NCBI GenBank assembly: GCA_964016885.1
Contig: OZ024741.1
Coordinates: 65,844,001 to 65,908,000, forward strand
DNA from: Eledone cirrhosa
Lineage: Eukaryota
Length of the DNA: 64,000 bases
Direction of reading: 5' to 3'
In this document: one piece after another, positions 12,230 to 29,347 of the stretch
Layout: the number at the start of each line of letters is the position of its first letter
Position numbering within the stretch: position 1 is the first letter of the stretch
Program-made: the position numbers and the translations under genes
Notes under the pieces: generated by a model
Told to the model about the DNA's origin: nothing
Databases searched by the model: none
Seen by the model: the letters and a program-made list of their open reading frames with translations, nothing else

Positions 12230-12800
12230 ACGGTTTCTTTAGGTGGTCTATGACCTCTATTGCCGACACCACGGCAACAGAGATAGACAATGTAGGAGTT
12301 GGTGGCCCTTTTCACTTTGACCACCAGTGATGGAAACATAGGGATATTGGAGTCCCATCTGTCTCTATTTAACAACTACTTGTTTGAGGGAAGTTGGCTT
12401 TGATTGATGTACCACCTCATTCTTCTTAATGCTGATTGTTAAACCGAACGCCTTACAGTTAAGCAAGAAGCAGTTCATCAATTCTTGCGCCTCTTCGAGG
12501 GATGTTGCAACAAGTGCATCATCATCAGTAAACAGTAAATCAGGAATAATACTTGTTCGTGTGTTTTAGTCTCACAGCACTGATAGCTGAATAACCCACA
12601 TGATGTACGGAATTCAAATCCAACACAAGCGTCTACGCTGACAAATGCATACAAGAGTATTACAGAGAAGAACAAAGCAACGAGAACAGGAGTCATGGCA
12701 CAACCCTGCTTTGTACTGTTTGTACACCAACAGGTTCAGAGTATTTGCCATAACTGGTGCTTTCACGCCATCATGAAAAGACATGACCACATTCAGTGTA
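12230..12800 (-). mobile_element. Decayed RTE (BovB-like) LINE RT fragment
   Basis: LLFTDDDALVATSLEEAQELMNCFLLNCKAFGLTISIKKNEV matches LLFADD...FGLTISxKKTEV. Multiple frameshifts. Confidence 0.85.
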
Positions 12801-13081
12801 TTGTCAGGTAGTGTTTCGATAATTCAAAAGGTTTATTGAAACCAAAATTATACTTAAAGAATTTACATATATGCATCATATGTATGTGTGTACATAATAA
12901 TAATAATAATAATAATAATAATATTTATACTTATATATGCACTATATATAATTATAAACAGGAAAGGTCAGTAATTCATTACCACCTTATTACCAGTAAG
13001 TGTGTGTATATATGTACATTCCTGATGATTCCATACGAATGAAACAGTTCTAGTTCTGGAAAAGTCATTTCTATATTAAAT

Positions 13082-13125
<44 letters not shown>

Positions 13126-13616
13126 TTAGAAGAAAACAAATACGACGATATGCTTATTCCGAAACTCTTCCTTAGAAATACTACGGCTTAGAGAGCCTAA
13201 CCTTCAAAGAATATTCTATATAGGCACCCATCCACCTCGAGCAAAAACGCCTGGGGCGATGGGTTTCCTGCCTTAGTCATAAGTTTGCTCGCCCAGTGTT
13301 GATCTGGAATCTCAACAAAAACAATCCATCTTAGATTATTGTCTGTGTGTCTCTTTTGGTTATTTTGATATTTAAACGTACTAATGAGGAAATCTGGCAT
13401 AGAAATAAATAGTCAGAAAGACAGAGAGGTAAGCTAAACAAAACAATGACTTCAATATTGACTGAAGCTTTCATCTTCCAACCATTAGCAGGTTTCTGTT
13501 GTGAGGCTATTTGTTGACTTTCAGTTTTAGTGATCTGTGGTGTGTATTTATGTGTGAGACTATTCATTGCCTATGTATATGTGTGATGGTGCGATTGTGT
13601 GTATGTATTTGTACAG

Positions 13617-13732
<116 letters not shown>

Positions 13733-14301
13733 CAGCCTGCCAGCAGACTGGGTGTGTGAGTATGAGTGTGTAGTATTTATGTAACTGCGTATGAGTTAAT
13801 GGTAGATTGCTATCAACATATTTAATGCAGATATAACCAATCTTGAAATAAATAGGCGAGGACGGAAAGATGGAACAATTGACTTAACGAGGTAGCAAAT
13901 AGGCAGTCATTGAAATACTGAAAAGAATGCTCTCATTATTCGTTCCGGTTCTCTAAGTTCAAATCCCGCCATGGTCAACTTTGCTTTTCATCCTTTCAAA
14001 GTCCATATAAAAAAGTACCTCTTCACTACTGGGGTCGATTCTTTTTCTATATCTCTTTCTCACTTTCTCTCTGGAAGAAATCGGCTGTGTTCAGACCTAG
14101 TAATGGGATGGGCTCTGTTAGTTTAAAAATGCCCAAACACGTTGTATATCACTATGGTGCCCCTACGACTCCATGAGAAGTTACGGGTCCATACATAAAC
14201 ATTGGCTTTACGCATTAAAGTAACGCAACTTAAATATCTTGTCAGATTCACAGTACATGCACGAATAAATGAATTTGTAATCGTTGTTCAAACTATTAGA
14301 G

Positions 14302-14631
14302 CAGTGGCTCATAGTCTTTTTCTATCGCGGTGCCCCTAGAAATTTTGAAATTTCACCCCACACCCTACGCCTTACACATAAGGCAAAAGAATTTAAATTT
14401 TCAAGTCAAATTATCAGCTACTTAGCTGCTACTATTTAATTAATTAACTACTATGATTAATAAACAACGCAATTGTAGTTAAGAAATTGAAACAAATTGA
14501 AAGCTATGAAACACTGATGATGAAAAGTGAAAAGAAAAAAAAAGTTGTTTTTCTGAATCTCTCCTCGCACCCACAAAAACTGAATCTCACACACCTGGGG
14601 TGAGGGGGGCACCCTAAGTTAAGAACCACTG
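14302..14631. mobile_element. Old hAT/Charlie-like MITE
   Basis: cagtggctcatagtc ... gttaagaaccactg. Flanks tattagag / ctttagat resemble a decayed NTCTAGAN target. Confidence 0.55.
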
Positions 14632-14666
14632 CTTTAGATCTAAGGCTCATTCATCGACTTGCAGTT

Positions 14667-15180
14667 TTAACCAGTTGGTGGTCTTTTAGCTCCATTGAGC
14701 AGTATCCTCAGTTTCTCTTTGAAGGAAGCCAGAGTTGGTGCGTTTACGATATCACTTGGTAAAGAGTTCCTGGATTCTATCATTCGCAGTTCAAAGAAAT
14801 TAAATTTGGCAATGGTATTTGAATGTTGTATCATCAACGTGAGTGAGTGTTTACGCAATCTTCTGTTCGACGATGGGAAATATTTACTTGCATCCAGTTT
14901 GTAATAGTCATTTAGTATTTTATAGACTTCACACAAGTCGCTAAACTGGCGTCTGGAGAGATGGCAGATTACATAATTTCACCTGTAGCCAGGCTGAGAC
15001 ACCACTTTTTGAAGTGTGGGCTCCATATGACAGGCCCATATTCTAGAAATGATCGAATAGGTGTGCAGGATAAGTTTTTTAAAAATCTTTTTAGGTGTAA
15101 GGTTCTCAAAACAGCGTTTAATCATACCTGTTCTCAGACAATTTCAGTAATATGCGGTCTTAGTAATAAATCTTGTGAAA
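14667..15180 (-). mobile_element. Decayed CR1-clade LINE 3' fragment
   Basis: FLEYGPVIWSPH, then CEVYKIL...KHSLTL...FFELRMIESRNSLPSDIVNAPTLASFKEKL (CR1 C-terminal motifs). Confidence 0.85.
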
Positions 15181-15649
15181 CGAGAGGGGAATAACTCTTG
15201 CGAACATTTGTACATGCGCAATGAATCTGACAAAATATAATTTTTATTCATCTTATCTTAAGCCTTAAAGTAAAGGATACCCGCTATTTTGTCACCTTCT
15301 GTTGGTACAGGAGAAAATTCAAACTAAGATTATCTTATTCTGACCTCATCAACTAAACATATCTTTCATCGGACTTACCAAAGAGATTAATGAGTAAATG
15401 TACAAAACTATTTGTTGATGTAGGAATTCATTCATAGACGTCATTCACTGGGAAAACTCTAGGGACTGTACATACTCATATATCTAACTGGCACCACACC
15501 GCATATGCTGCTCTTCATAAATGCAGCCGTAATTTCAATTTCAATTGCGGTTGCGTTTATATCCTTTGTTGCCATATTTCTAATGAAAGGCACAACCAAC
15601 GATTATTAAATCATTTGAGGGATTTGGTAAATTAACCAACTTTTTCATT

Positions 15650-16125
15650 ATTGATTTCTAATTTAGCTCAAGGCCTGCTGATTTGGGGGAAAGAGGAATG
15701 TTGATCAAATCAACCTCAAAACGTTACTGGTACTTTATTTTATCGACTCGAGAAGGATGAAAAGCAAAGTTGATATCAGCAAGATTTGAACTCAGAGTAC
15801 AAAGAACCAGATGAAATATCACAATGGTACATTATCTAACGTTGCCAAGCCACCACCCATAACTGTCTCACTATGAAACTGGTTCTTGCATAGAATTGTG
15901 ATGGGAGGTTTTCAAAGAAATATAAACACTTAGAGCATGGAACAAAATGTTTTGCAGTATTTAGTTATGACCCTTTACATTCTGTGTTCAAATCCCACCA
16001 AGGTCAACTTTGCCTTTCATCCTTCTGGAGTCGATAACATAAAGTACCAGTAAAATACTGAGGTCGGTATAATTGACCTCCCATGTCATAAAAATTGCTG
16101 ACCTTATGCCTAAAGTAGAATCAAT
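15650..16125. mobile_element. Two older SINE family A copies in divergent orientation (15650-15860 -, 15925-16125 +)
   Basis: Core actggtactttattttatcgac on one side and gcctttcatcct..gtcgataa..aaagtaccagt on the other. Confidence 0.75.
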
Positions 16126-16308
16126 TATTAATTGTACTTTCACACGAAAAGACCATTTCAGGGGCATAGATGTATCCCCTTCAAATTATTTGATCTACTC
16201 ACCTACAAGGACCTCCATCGGTTGAGACGATGAGTGTTTCATTTGTTCTATCAACAGTACAGCTTGCTCTTGAAATTAATATGTAAGTGACTGAGTAATC
16301 CACAGATA

Positions 16309-16580
16309 CATGTACCAATAAAGTAATTCTCAGGGAGATTCAGCATGATACACTGTGTGTCATGACTGGCTATTTGAATTACAGGTACAGTTCAACCAAC
16401 AGGCTTCCACATAGTTTCTGTATGTCCAATTTCTCTCTCAAGGTCATGTACCTTTAATGTAATTCTCAGGGAGATTCAGCATGATACATTGTGTGTCATG
16501 ACTGGCTATTTGAATTACTGGTACAGTTCAACCAACGGGCTTCCACACAGTTTCTGTCTACTCAATTTCTTTCTCAAGGT
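16309..16580. repeat. Tandem duplication of a ~135-bp repeat segment
   Basis: gtaattctcagggagattcagcatgatac...tctcaaggt occurs twice. Confidence 0.85.
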
Positions 16581-16928
16581 ATGGGTCAACCCAAGGCTTA
16601 TGGTAAATGACACTTGCCCGAGATACGACATTTGGGATTGAACCCAGGACGTTATGATAGCGAAACAAATTCCTTAACCAATTGGCCATGCTACATAAGT
16701 AGACCTGACTACATACAGAAAACAGGTATAGACTGAGTTTGTAGAAACTGTTGGTAGTCTGTATGGGGAAATATCAGTACAGTAAAGTAATTATTTTCAG
16801 AGATAGAGTGGGTGGTTGGGGGAGTAATGTTAGCTTGAGAAAATAGTTTATGTTTGGGGCCCAAGGGTTCTTAAGCTGCTGAAATATTTCCTGTCTGCAC
16901 TGCAGTTCAGCATACCTCACAACAACAG

Positions 16929-20303
<3,375 letters not shown>

Positions 20304-20356
20304 CTGTTGTTGCTTTCACTAAATTGAAAACAGACAGAATAGTAGATAGTGATAAA

Positions 20357-20358
<2 letters not shown>

Positions 20359-20408
<50 letters not shown>

Positions 20409-20427
20409 CATACATACATACACAAGA

Positions 20428-20482
<55 letters not shown>

Positions 20483-20485
20483 AGA

Positions 20486-20548
<63 letters not shown>

Positions 20549-20551
20549 AGA

Positions 20552-20615
<64 letters not shown>
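20359..20615. repeat. Higher-order compound microsatellite (TA)n(CA)n-AGAGTGTG, 3-4 units
   Basis: The caagagtgtg linker recurs at 20423, 20481 and 20547. Confidence 0.9.
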
Positions 20616-20616
<1 letters not shown>

Positions 20617-21127
20617 GGAGAATATATAAATATAGAGAGGGACAAACAGATAAAGATAGATATAACGATCAAGGTAGACAAGCACAGACATTCAGACAGA
20701 TATAGCCTCAAAAGCAGATGGATAGACATATACACAAACAGTTAAAATAAATTACACACACACACACACACACACACACAAGTATCTGAAGCACATTGAT
20801 GTGGCATAGGCTGCTTAATACAATGAATTTAAAGAAAAGGTGATACACGGGAAGCAAAGAATAAGAAACAAATCCAAAGAAAGCCTAAACAGAGAAAGTG
20901 AATAATTGCAACTAACACATCAAGACATCAATCATCACCAGATTTCTTTTGAAATAAATTGTATTGGAATTAATTAATGAAGATTTTGTACTAATTTTAT
21001 TATTATGATAATATTTGTAACATAATTTATCAAAAGGTTCTTATATCAAGTTACAACGGTGAGCTGAAAATATCATAGGCTGACTATGAAAGTTTGATGC
21101 TAGAGCTGTGAAATTTTGCATGCATTA

Positions 21128-21335
21128 TTGGCAGTATCAGTAAAGTGTCAGACACCATGCTTTGCAGCATTGAGTTATGGCACTTACGTTCTGAGTTCAA
21201 ATCCTGCCGAGGTTAGCTTTGCCTTTCATCCTTACAGGGTCAATAAAATAAAGCACCATTAACATACTGGGGTCCCTCTAATCGACCCCGCCCCAAATTG
21301 CTGGCCTTGTGCTTGTAGTAGAAACCATTATTATT
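21128..21335 (+). mobile_element. SINE family A
   Basis: tggcagtatcagta...gagttcaaatcctg...ttgctggccttgtgc..agaaacc(att)n. Confidence 0.88.
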
Positions 21336-21387
21336 ATTATGAGAATATTTGTAACATAATTTAACAAAAAGTTCTTATATCAAGTTA

Positions 21388-21592
21388 CGAGGGTGAGCTG
21401 AAAAGTTCATAGGCTGACTATGAAGGAGTGATGCTAGTGCTGTAAAATCTTGCATGCATTGATTTCAATGCTTCTTATTGATAATGGCATTGCTTCTTTC
21501 CAGGGATTATGTTAAAAAATAAACCTCATTTGGTTATTCCATGAGAGTTGAGAGTATCTTGTTCAGCCTATGAACTTTTCAGTGGACAATCG
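21388..21592. mobile_element. Tc1/mariner MITE
   Basis: ta|cgagggtgagctgaaaagttcataggctga ... tcagcctatgaacttttcagtggacaatcg|ta, with a TA TSD. Second copy at 27378-27558. Confidence 0.85.
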
Positions 21593-23087
21593 TATGTTGA
21601 AAGATTTCAATTTAAATAAGAATCCTTTAAAACCTGTGGCCCACACAAAGGTTTTTGTAGAGCGAACATGTTTTATCTTTGTAATATAAAATAAAAAAAT
21701 TAGTTGTAATGTGTGCAATTAGTTGCCGTGTGTGGTCCTCGGAGGATCCTCAGTTTGACATGCATGCAAACAGGGGTCAAAGAGAGATCCTCTATGTTGT
21801 TGCTGGATCTGCTAGAAATAACAACCAGATGTCTCACAAATCACAATGGACTATTTTAATAAAGTGGATACATTGGACAATGTAGAGCACCTATATAACA
21901 AGTTAGGATGGTCGTGGCTGGAATGCCTTTGAATATAGCTTGGCTCAGTCAGGGTTGACATGGGGTTTTACATGATTACTTGATATGTTAGAAACAACAA
22001 CAAACAATTGGTTGACTGATTCCTCCCAGGAGCCTCTGTCAACTTTTTCCCATCTCTGGGGGTGCTTTACCTAATTTCCTATTATGGTCATTTGCGTTGG
22101 GACGCACATATTTCAAAACAACAAACCTTCAAATTCCACCAAACCATTTAAAAGAAAAAAGGAAGGACTCACAAGCAGATGGTCACTCTAACTGCTAAAA
22201 ATGACAGCTAAAACTCTCTCAAACCACACCATAACATCTTAAAAAAGAGAATACTTTGAATAATGTGGTTTTAAGTTACTTGCAAATGGGGAAAACAGGG
22301 TAGTTGCCACAGGAATGCCTTTGATCATTGGTCTGTTTAATTAGCACTGGACTGAAGCAAAATAACATCAACAAAAGAAGGAAGGACATATTGAACTATA
22401 CAAAAGTTGTGATAGTCATGGTTGGAACACCTCTGATCATAGATCTGTTCATTCAGGGCTGATCAATAACAAGAATCGATGTATATGAGCTTCTACATGG
22501 ATTTTCAGCCTGTTGGAAATAGTAATCAAATCTTCTTCACATAACACTCTAGCATCATAAAGAAAAAAACAAGGACACATGAGCCAACGAGACAGACTCT
22601 ATATAGTCATTCAACCTGCTAGAGGTAGCAGCCAAATCTCCTTTAAATCATATTTCACCATCTTAAAAAGAAAGGATGGGCATAAAAAAATAATGTAGAA
22701 CTAGATAACACAAAAATGATAGTGTGATATACTTGAAAGATGTTGCTTTGTATAACAACATGAGCCAACTAGAGCGCATCTAAATGATTGCTCAACCTAT
22801 TAGAAATAGTAGCTTAATTTTCTTTAAACTACAACTTAAGAAAAACTAAATGGAAAGGAAAAAATATTGCACCTTTCAGAAAATATTTTTTTAAATGAAA
22901 TACACAAATTAACACACATACTCAACCATCACACTGATATGCATATACTCACATTGACATGGGTACACTCACACACTAATATACACACATACATATATAC
23001 ACTTATATGTTCACACACATACACAGCAGCATGTGCATTCACACACACCATCATGTGTATTCACACACACCATCATGTGTATATAGA

Positions 23088-23960
23088 AATATACACTGAC
23101 ATGTATACACACATACATATATACACTGGCATGTGTACACACATACATATATACACTGGCATGTGTACACACATACATATATACACTGGCATGTGTACAC
23201 ACATATATACACTGACATGTATACACACATATATACACTGGCATGTGTATACACACATATATACACTGGCATGTGTATACACACATATATACACCGGCAT
23301 GTGTATACACACATATATACACTGGCATGTGTATACACACATATATACACTGGCATGTGTATACACACATATATACACTGGCATGTGTATACACACATAT
23401 ATACACTAGCATGTATACACATATATATACACTAGCATGTATACACATATATATACACTAGCATGTATACACACATATATACACTGGCATGTATACACAC
23501 ATATATACACTAGCATGTATACACATATATACACTGACATGTGTACATACATATATACACTGGCATGTGTACACACATATATACACTGACATGTGTACAT
23601 ATATATATACACTGATATGTGTACATATATATATACACATACATACACTGGCATGTATACACACATATATACACTAGCATGTGTACATACATATATATAT
23701 ACTGACATGTATACACACATATATACACTGGCATGTGTACACACATATATACACTGGCATGTGTACACACATATATACACTGGCATGTGTACACACATAT
23801 ATACACTGGCATGTGTACACATATATATACACACATATATACACTGGCATGTATACACACATATGTATATATGTGTGTACACACATATATACACTGACAT
23901 GAATACACACATATATATATATACACTGACATGTATACACACATATATATACACTGACTT
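23088..23960. repeat. 26-32-bp minisatellite (acactggcatgtgtatacacacatatat)n
   Basis: About 30 directly visible units. Confidence 0.95.
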
Positions 23961-23997
23961 ATACACATTCAGTGGCATGTGTATGTACACCAACACA

Positions 23998-24037
<40 letters not shown>

Positions 24038-24043
24038 TATATA

Positions 24044-24087
<44 letters not shown>

Positions 24088-24496
24088 GAAATAAATGAAA
24101 ATAATATTCCTTCAGATTAAATTAATTTATCAAGAATATTTATAGAGAGAGGGCAAACATATTTTTTATAGGTTTTTTTTAGAGTGAGAGAGAGAAAGAA
24201 AAAAGATGTGCGACACATATAAATGGGTGAAAAGGTAAAAAAAAACCATCTGTGAATATCCCTTCTTCCTGCCTGTTTCATTCAATAAGGTATAATGACT
24301 AACAATGACAAATATGATTATTGAAAAATGGAAATGGAACATTCGGAAGGAATTAAACATTAACCAATGTTTTTAATTATTTGTTTTATCTTTTTTGTCT
24401 TTTTTTGGGGGTGTGTGTGTTGTTTATTTGTTTGTGATTTCGATTTTTACCCACAAAGACAGACAGATAACAGGGAGTGATGGAGAGAGACACACA

Positions 24497-24554
<58 letters not shown>

Positions 24555-26439
24555 CACACACACACACATAAGCACATACATACATATAACAAGGCACACA
24601 CATACATACACATAGACATACACACACACACACATAGGGTTTTAGTATAGATACACAGTATCCCTGTGTGTCGTAAGAGTTCACTAAAAGGGTTGGCATC
24701 AGGAAGGGCATCTGACAGTAAAACACTGGCCTGAAAAGTCCCATCCAATCCATAGCAGCATGGAAAAACCAACGATCTGAAAATATGAACACACACACAC
24801 ACACACATATTTATCACTGCCACCACCGTCACTGTAACCCTCACTGTTAAACTACACCTCCCATCCCCTTCCTAACACTAATTTCTGCACAATCTCTACT
24901 CTAGGTCATTATCATAACTTCTAAATTATCAAATTTCATAGCATCAATTTCACCGCCACCGCCACTGCCTCTTTCTAAACTCTCATCCTTACCTGTCGTC
25001 TTTGTCAACGTCACCACCACCACCTCCTCTATTTCTAAACTATCATCACCACTACCACCATTTCAAAACTTACCAATCTCATATAACATCACCACCATTA
25101 CTACAATACTTCTAAACTGAGAGGGGGGGGGGTGCAATAGTGAGGTAAAACATTGAGACAGACAGACAAACAAACAGACAAATAGCATGCTTAACCCTTT
25201 GGTTACCATATTACTAATGAAAATGTTTGAGAATTTGAAGGGATTTAACAAAATAACTTACTTTCTATTATTTGATGTTTGAAACATGATAAATGTTCTT
25301 ACATAAAAGTATGATGAAAGGTTTTGTGTCTTATAGGCAGCAAATTTGCAAAGTCATTAGAATGCTGGATAGAATGCTTTGTGGTATTCATTCCAGCTCT
25401 CTGAGTTTGTCTTTCGGAATCGATAAAACAAAGCACCAGTAATGCACTGGGATAATTGCTGGCCTTGTGCCAAAAGTAGAAACAATTATTTTGAAGTTGA
25501 GAAAAAAATGTATCCGTCTAGTACTGGGGGTCGATTCTTTTTCTATATCTCTTTCTCACTTCCCCTCTCTCCTATAGAAGAAATCAGCTAAGTTCACACT
25601 TTGAGAGGAGATGGGCTCTGCCAGATTTAAAGTGCCCAAGACAGCCCTTACAACTTCATCATGAGTTACACATACATATATACATATTTATTTCTTTGCA
25701 GTAAATCTAAGGGGAATGTTTTGTTAGCTTGCACTGTTTGGTTCAGATTTCTTGTGTGAACTGAATATAGGCACCCGTAATTGTACACCAGCCCAGAAAA
25801 ATATAAAAACAAATTAAAAAGGGGCTCCTTTACGTAGTTGCTCAATAGATGTCAAATCTCTCTGAATATCATGCCTTGTCGTCTTAAAATAAGCAAAGAA
25901 TATTAGTTAATGTAAACCTACATTCCACCCCAAAAAAGCAGGTCTCGGGGCTAGACAACAACAACAAAAACTTCTCATGCTTCATCTATAAAGTAAGCAA
26001 GAGTTGTCTCCCGCTCGATGTGGTTCAAATTAAAGTGACAGACGTAAGAATTCTAATAGTCATCATTTGAATGTGAAAGAAACTGTTGACAAACTTCCTT
26101 CCTTCCCCAATACATCATAAATCAAAACAATTACTCTACTATTCTGAAAAAAAAAGCCTTAGTATGACATCATGAAATTTCCCAGTTCTATCCACAAGGG
26201 AATAGGAATGTCTTTCCTCTACCACCCACTCACCTTCAACAGGAACCACAGTTTCGTTTCCTTTCCTCTACCCCCCCACCCCAACTCATTTTTGTTGTTT
26301 TTATCATTTTTGTGTTTTTACATTTCTTACTGTATGTATCCAGTGTATGCTTGTATACACACATTAACTGAATATAAGAGAGTGGGACTAATAAACATTT
26401 GTTCGTACTGCCTCTCTGTTTTGTTCCCGTTCAATTTTC

Positions 26440-26483
<44 letters not shown>

Positions 26484-26540
26484 CGCATATATGTTATAGA
26501 ATGCCGTTAGCTTCTTGCTAAAACAATCTCTATACCTCTC

Positions 26541-26588
<48 letters not shown>

Positions 26589-26633
26589 CTCGGAAGTTGT
26601 TTTTCGTTAATTCCTAAGCCGAAATACGATTCT

Positions 26634-26687
<54 letters not shown>

Positions 26688-26747
26688 CATACACACATAT
26701 ATACATGTATACATACACACATATATACATGTATACACACCAATACA

Positions 26748-26849
<102 letters not shown>

Positions 26850-27377
26850 CACACACACACACACGCACACATATATATATATTATATATACACACACACA
26901 TATATATACACATAAACAGAGCATGAAACAGGATTAATCCACCTTCTTCCTCTCCAACTAAAAATTTATAGAATAAAAATAGACAAATAATTTTGTAAAT
27001 CCTAGCTTAGGGGACAAAATTACTCTTAAAGAAAATAAAAGCTAAACAAATCAGGATAGCTAGCATATAGTTTGTTATTACATATAGGCCTACCCCCCAT
27101 TCCAACAGATTTATAATGCACCAGTTGGTCAGAACTCAAGTACTCCGGGGAAAGGGTGTTTGGTGGGAAAATCTAAGATAGGGTGTTTGGTGGGAAAGTT
27201 TATTTATTAAACTAAATGGAATACAGATGTTTCAAAATTATCAATTTTGATTTTAGTTTTCACATCAGTGTTTGAAAGAGCCATTGGATCACAAGCCTTT
27301 AATTCTTCCTTAGTTGTAGTTGTGTATGTGTAAGCATAAATATCACCATACTATACCACCGCTACCTCAATGATATA

Positions 27378-27558
27378 CAAGGGTCGACTGAAATGCTCAT
27401 AGGCTAACTTTGAAGGAGTGAAATTTTGCATGCATTAATTTCAACTCTTATTAATAACTGTATTGTTTCTTTCTAGGGACTATGTTGAAAAATAAACCTC
27501 ATTTAGTCATTCCATGAGAGTATCTTGGTCAGCCTATGAACATTTTAGTCAACCTTCG
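27378..27558. mobile_element. Tc1/mariner MITE (second copy)
   Basis: ta|caagggtcgactgaaatgctcataggct ... agcctatgaacattttagtcaaccttcg|ta. Confidence 0.85.
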
Positions 27559-28124
27559 TATCCCTGGACAATGTAGGAGAATACTCACTGGCATGCAGAC
27601 CACAGGCACATGGGGCCTCATAGTCCCAGCAGATGGAATAGATAAAGCGTTATTCCGGAAAACAATGAGAGGTGGGGGACACATTGAAATAGCTATTCCA
27701 AGTCAGAGGGTTCATTCCTATGGGTGGTTCACCCTGTCCCAATAACTTCTACTTGGAACTAGAAGTTATTTAGGACTTCAGAATTATTGTATATTTGCAT
27801 GTAAAAAATGAAAGCTTGATTATGGAAGCTAAACCTAAACACATCCATTTATATTTCATAATATAGCTTATACATATATGATGAAAGTAGTTTTATATAA
27901 TATTGGTACTAGCCCAGTTTCGTACATGTAACAGTTTCACTTTGGGAATGTTTCACTTTTCACAAAGTGAAAACAGCACCACGCGATATTTGTCAAGTCT
28001 GCTGAAATAAATTTGAAACATTCGTGGTGCTTCTCTCACATAAAAAAAATTTCAGATTTGGGTTTTTTGTTTGTGGATTATCAACTAATCTACATTCAAT
28101 TGGTAGTACAAGCCAGAGTATCAG

Positions 28125-28267
28125 AACAGTAAATATAGCGAAAGTCATATAAAGTTGTGTATATTTAGCTATTATATATATTTCGCTGGACAACGCAAAC
28201 GAAATATATATAAAGCTAAATAAATAAATTTATACACAACTTCGTGCAGCCTTTGCTATATTTACTG

Positions 28268-28269
<2 letters not shown>
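28125..28269. repeat. 145-bp imperfect palindrome (fold-back MITE-like)
   Basis: aacagtaaatatagcgaaag/ctttgctatatttactgtt, aagttgtgtata/tatacacaactt and tatatatttcg/cgaaatatata are nested symmetrically. Confidence 0.8.
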
Positions 28270-28321
<52 letters not shown>

Positions 28322-28882
28322 GGAATAGAATGAAACGAAATTTCATTTCTCACTCTTAGTACGGCACTTACTTAAATGTAAGTATGTATGTATGTCTACG
28401 TACATACATATATGTATACAGACGTACAGTAGTATGTATATATATACACACATATATATATGCACGTATCGGTTTACCGAACATTTATTATAATACTCGG
28501 TTTGTTTGTTTGTAAACAAGGTTGCCTAAACACTGTACGGCGTAATTCGGGCTGTTTGTTTGTTTACAAACAAACAAACCGAGCATTATAATAAATGTTC
28601 GGTAAACCGATACGTGCATATATATATGTGTGTATATATATACATACTACTGTACGTCTGTATACATATATGTATGTACGTATACATACATACTTACATT
28701 TATTTAAGTAAGTGCCGTACTAAGAGTGAGAAATGAAATTTCGTTTCATTCTATTCCATTTATCATTTTCGGTGTGCCCGGCCGACTGAACTCACTCGAT
28801 ATGCAAATTAGGCTGCTCAACCGTTAATATGCATAAGGAAAGTATATACTTTCAGACTTTCAACCATCTGGCAGGAAGGTAT

Positions 28883-28925
28883 ACGATGCTGACGATAGCT
28901 AATAAGCTTGAAACTAGTACATCGT
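28883..28925 (+). ncRNA. Minimal type I hammerhead ribozyme, copy 1
   Basis: acgatg-CTGACGA-t-agct-aata-agct-t-GAAA-ctag-TA-catcgt: 6-bp stem I, intact core, palindromic ACUAGU stem III, GUA cleavage triplet. Confidence 0.85.
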
Positions 28926-29142
28926 TCCTGTGTCAGTGTTGAACAAAAAGGTGACGTGTTGCCTAAACACTGTACAGCGTAATTCGGGCTGTTTGTTTGT
29001 TTACAAACAAACAAACCGAGCATTATAATAAATGTTCGGTAAACCGATACGTGCATATATATATATATGTGTGTATATATATACATACTACTGTACGTAT
29101 GTATACATATATGTATATACGTATACATACATACATACTTAC

Positions 29143-29223
<81 letters not shown>

Positions 29224-29304
29224 ACTCGATATGCAAATTGGGCTACTCAGCTGTTAATATGCATAATGTAAGTATATACGTTCAACAATCTGGCAGGAAG
29301 GTAT

Positions 29305-29347
29305 ACGTTGCTGACGATAGCTAATAAGCTTGAAACTAGTACAGCGT
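29305..29347 (+). ncRNA. Minimal type I hammerhead ribozyme, copy 2
   Basis: acgttg-CTGACGA-tagctaataagctt-GAAA-ctag-TA-cagcgt. Core identical to copy 1; one stem I A-U pair is replaced by U-G. Confidence 0.85.

Noticed and set aside
12478-12696. Secreted Cys-rich peptide-like ORF (MTPVLVALFFSVILL...)
   Set aside because: It lies within a frameshifted RTE RT fragment; the hydrophobic start corresponds to the APTLFxIFFS RT motif.
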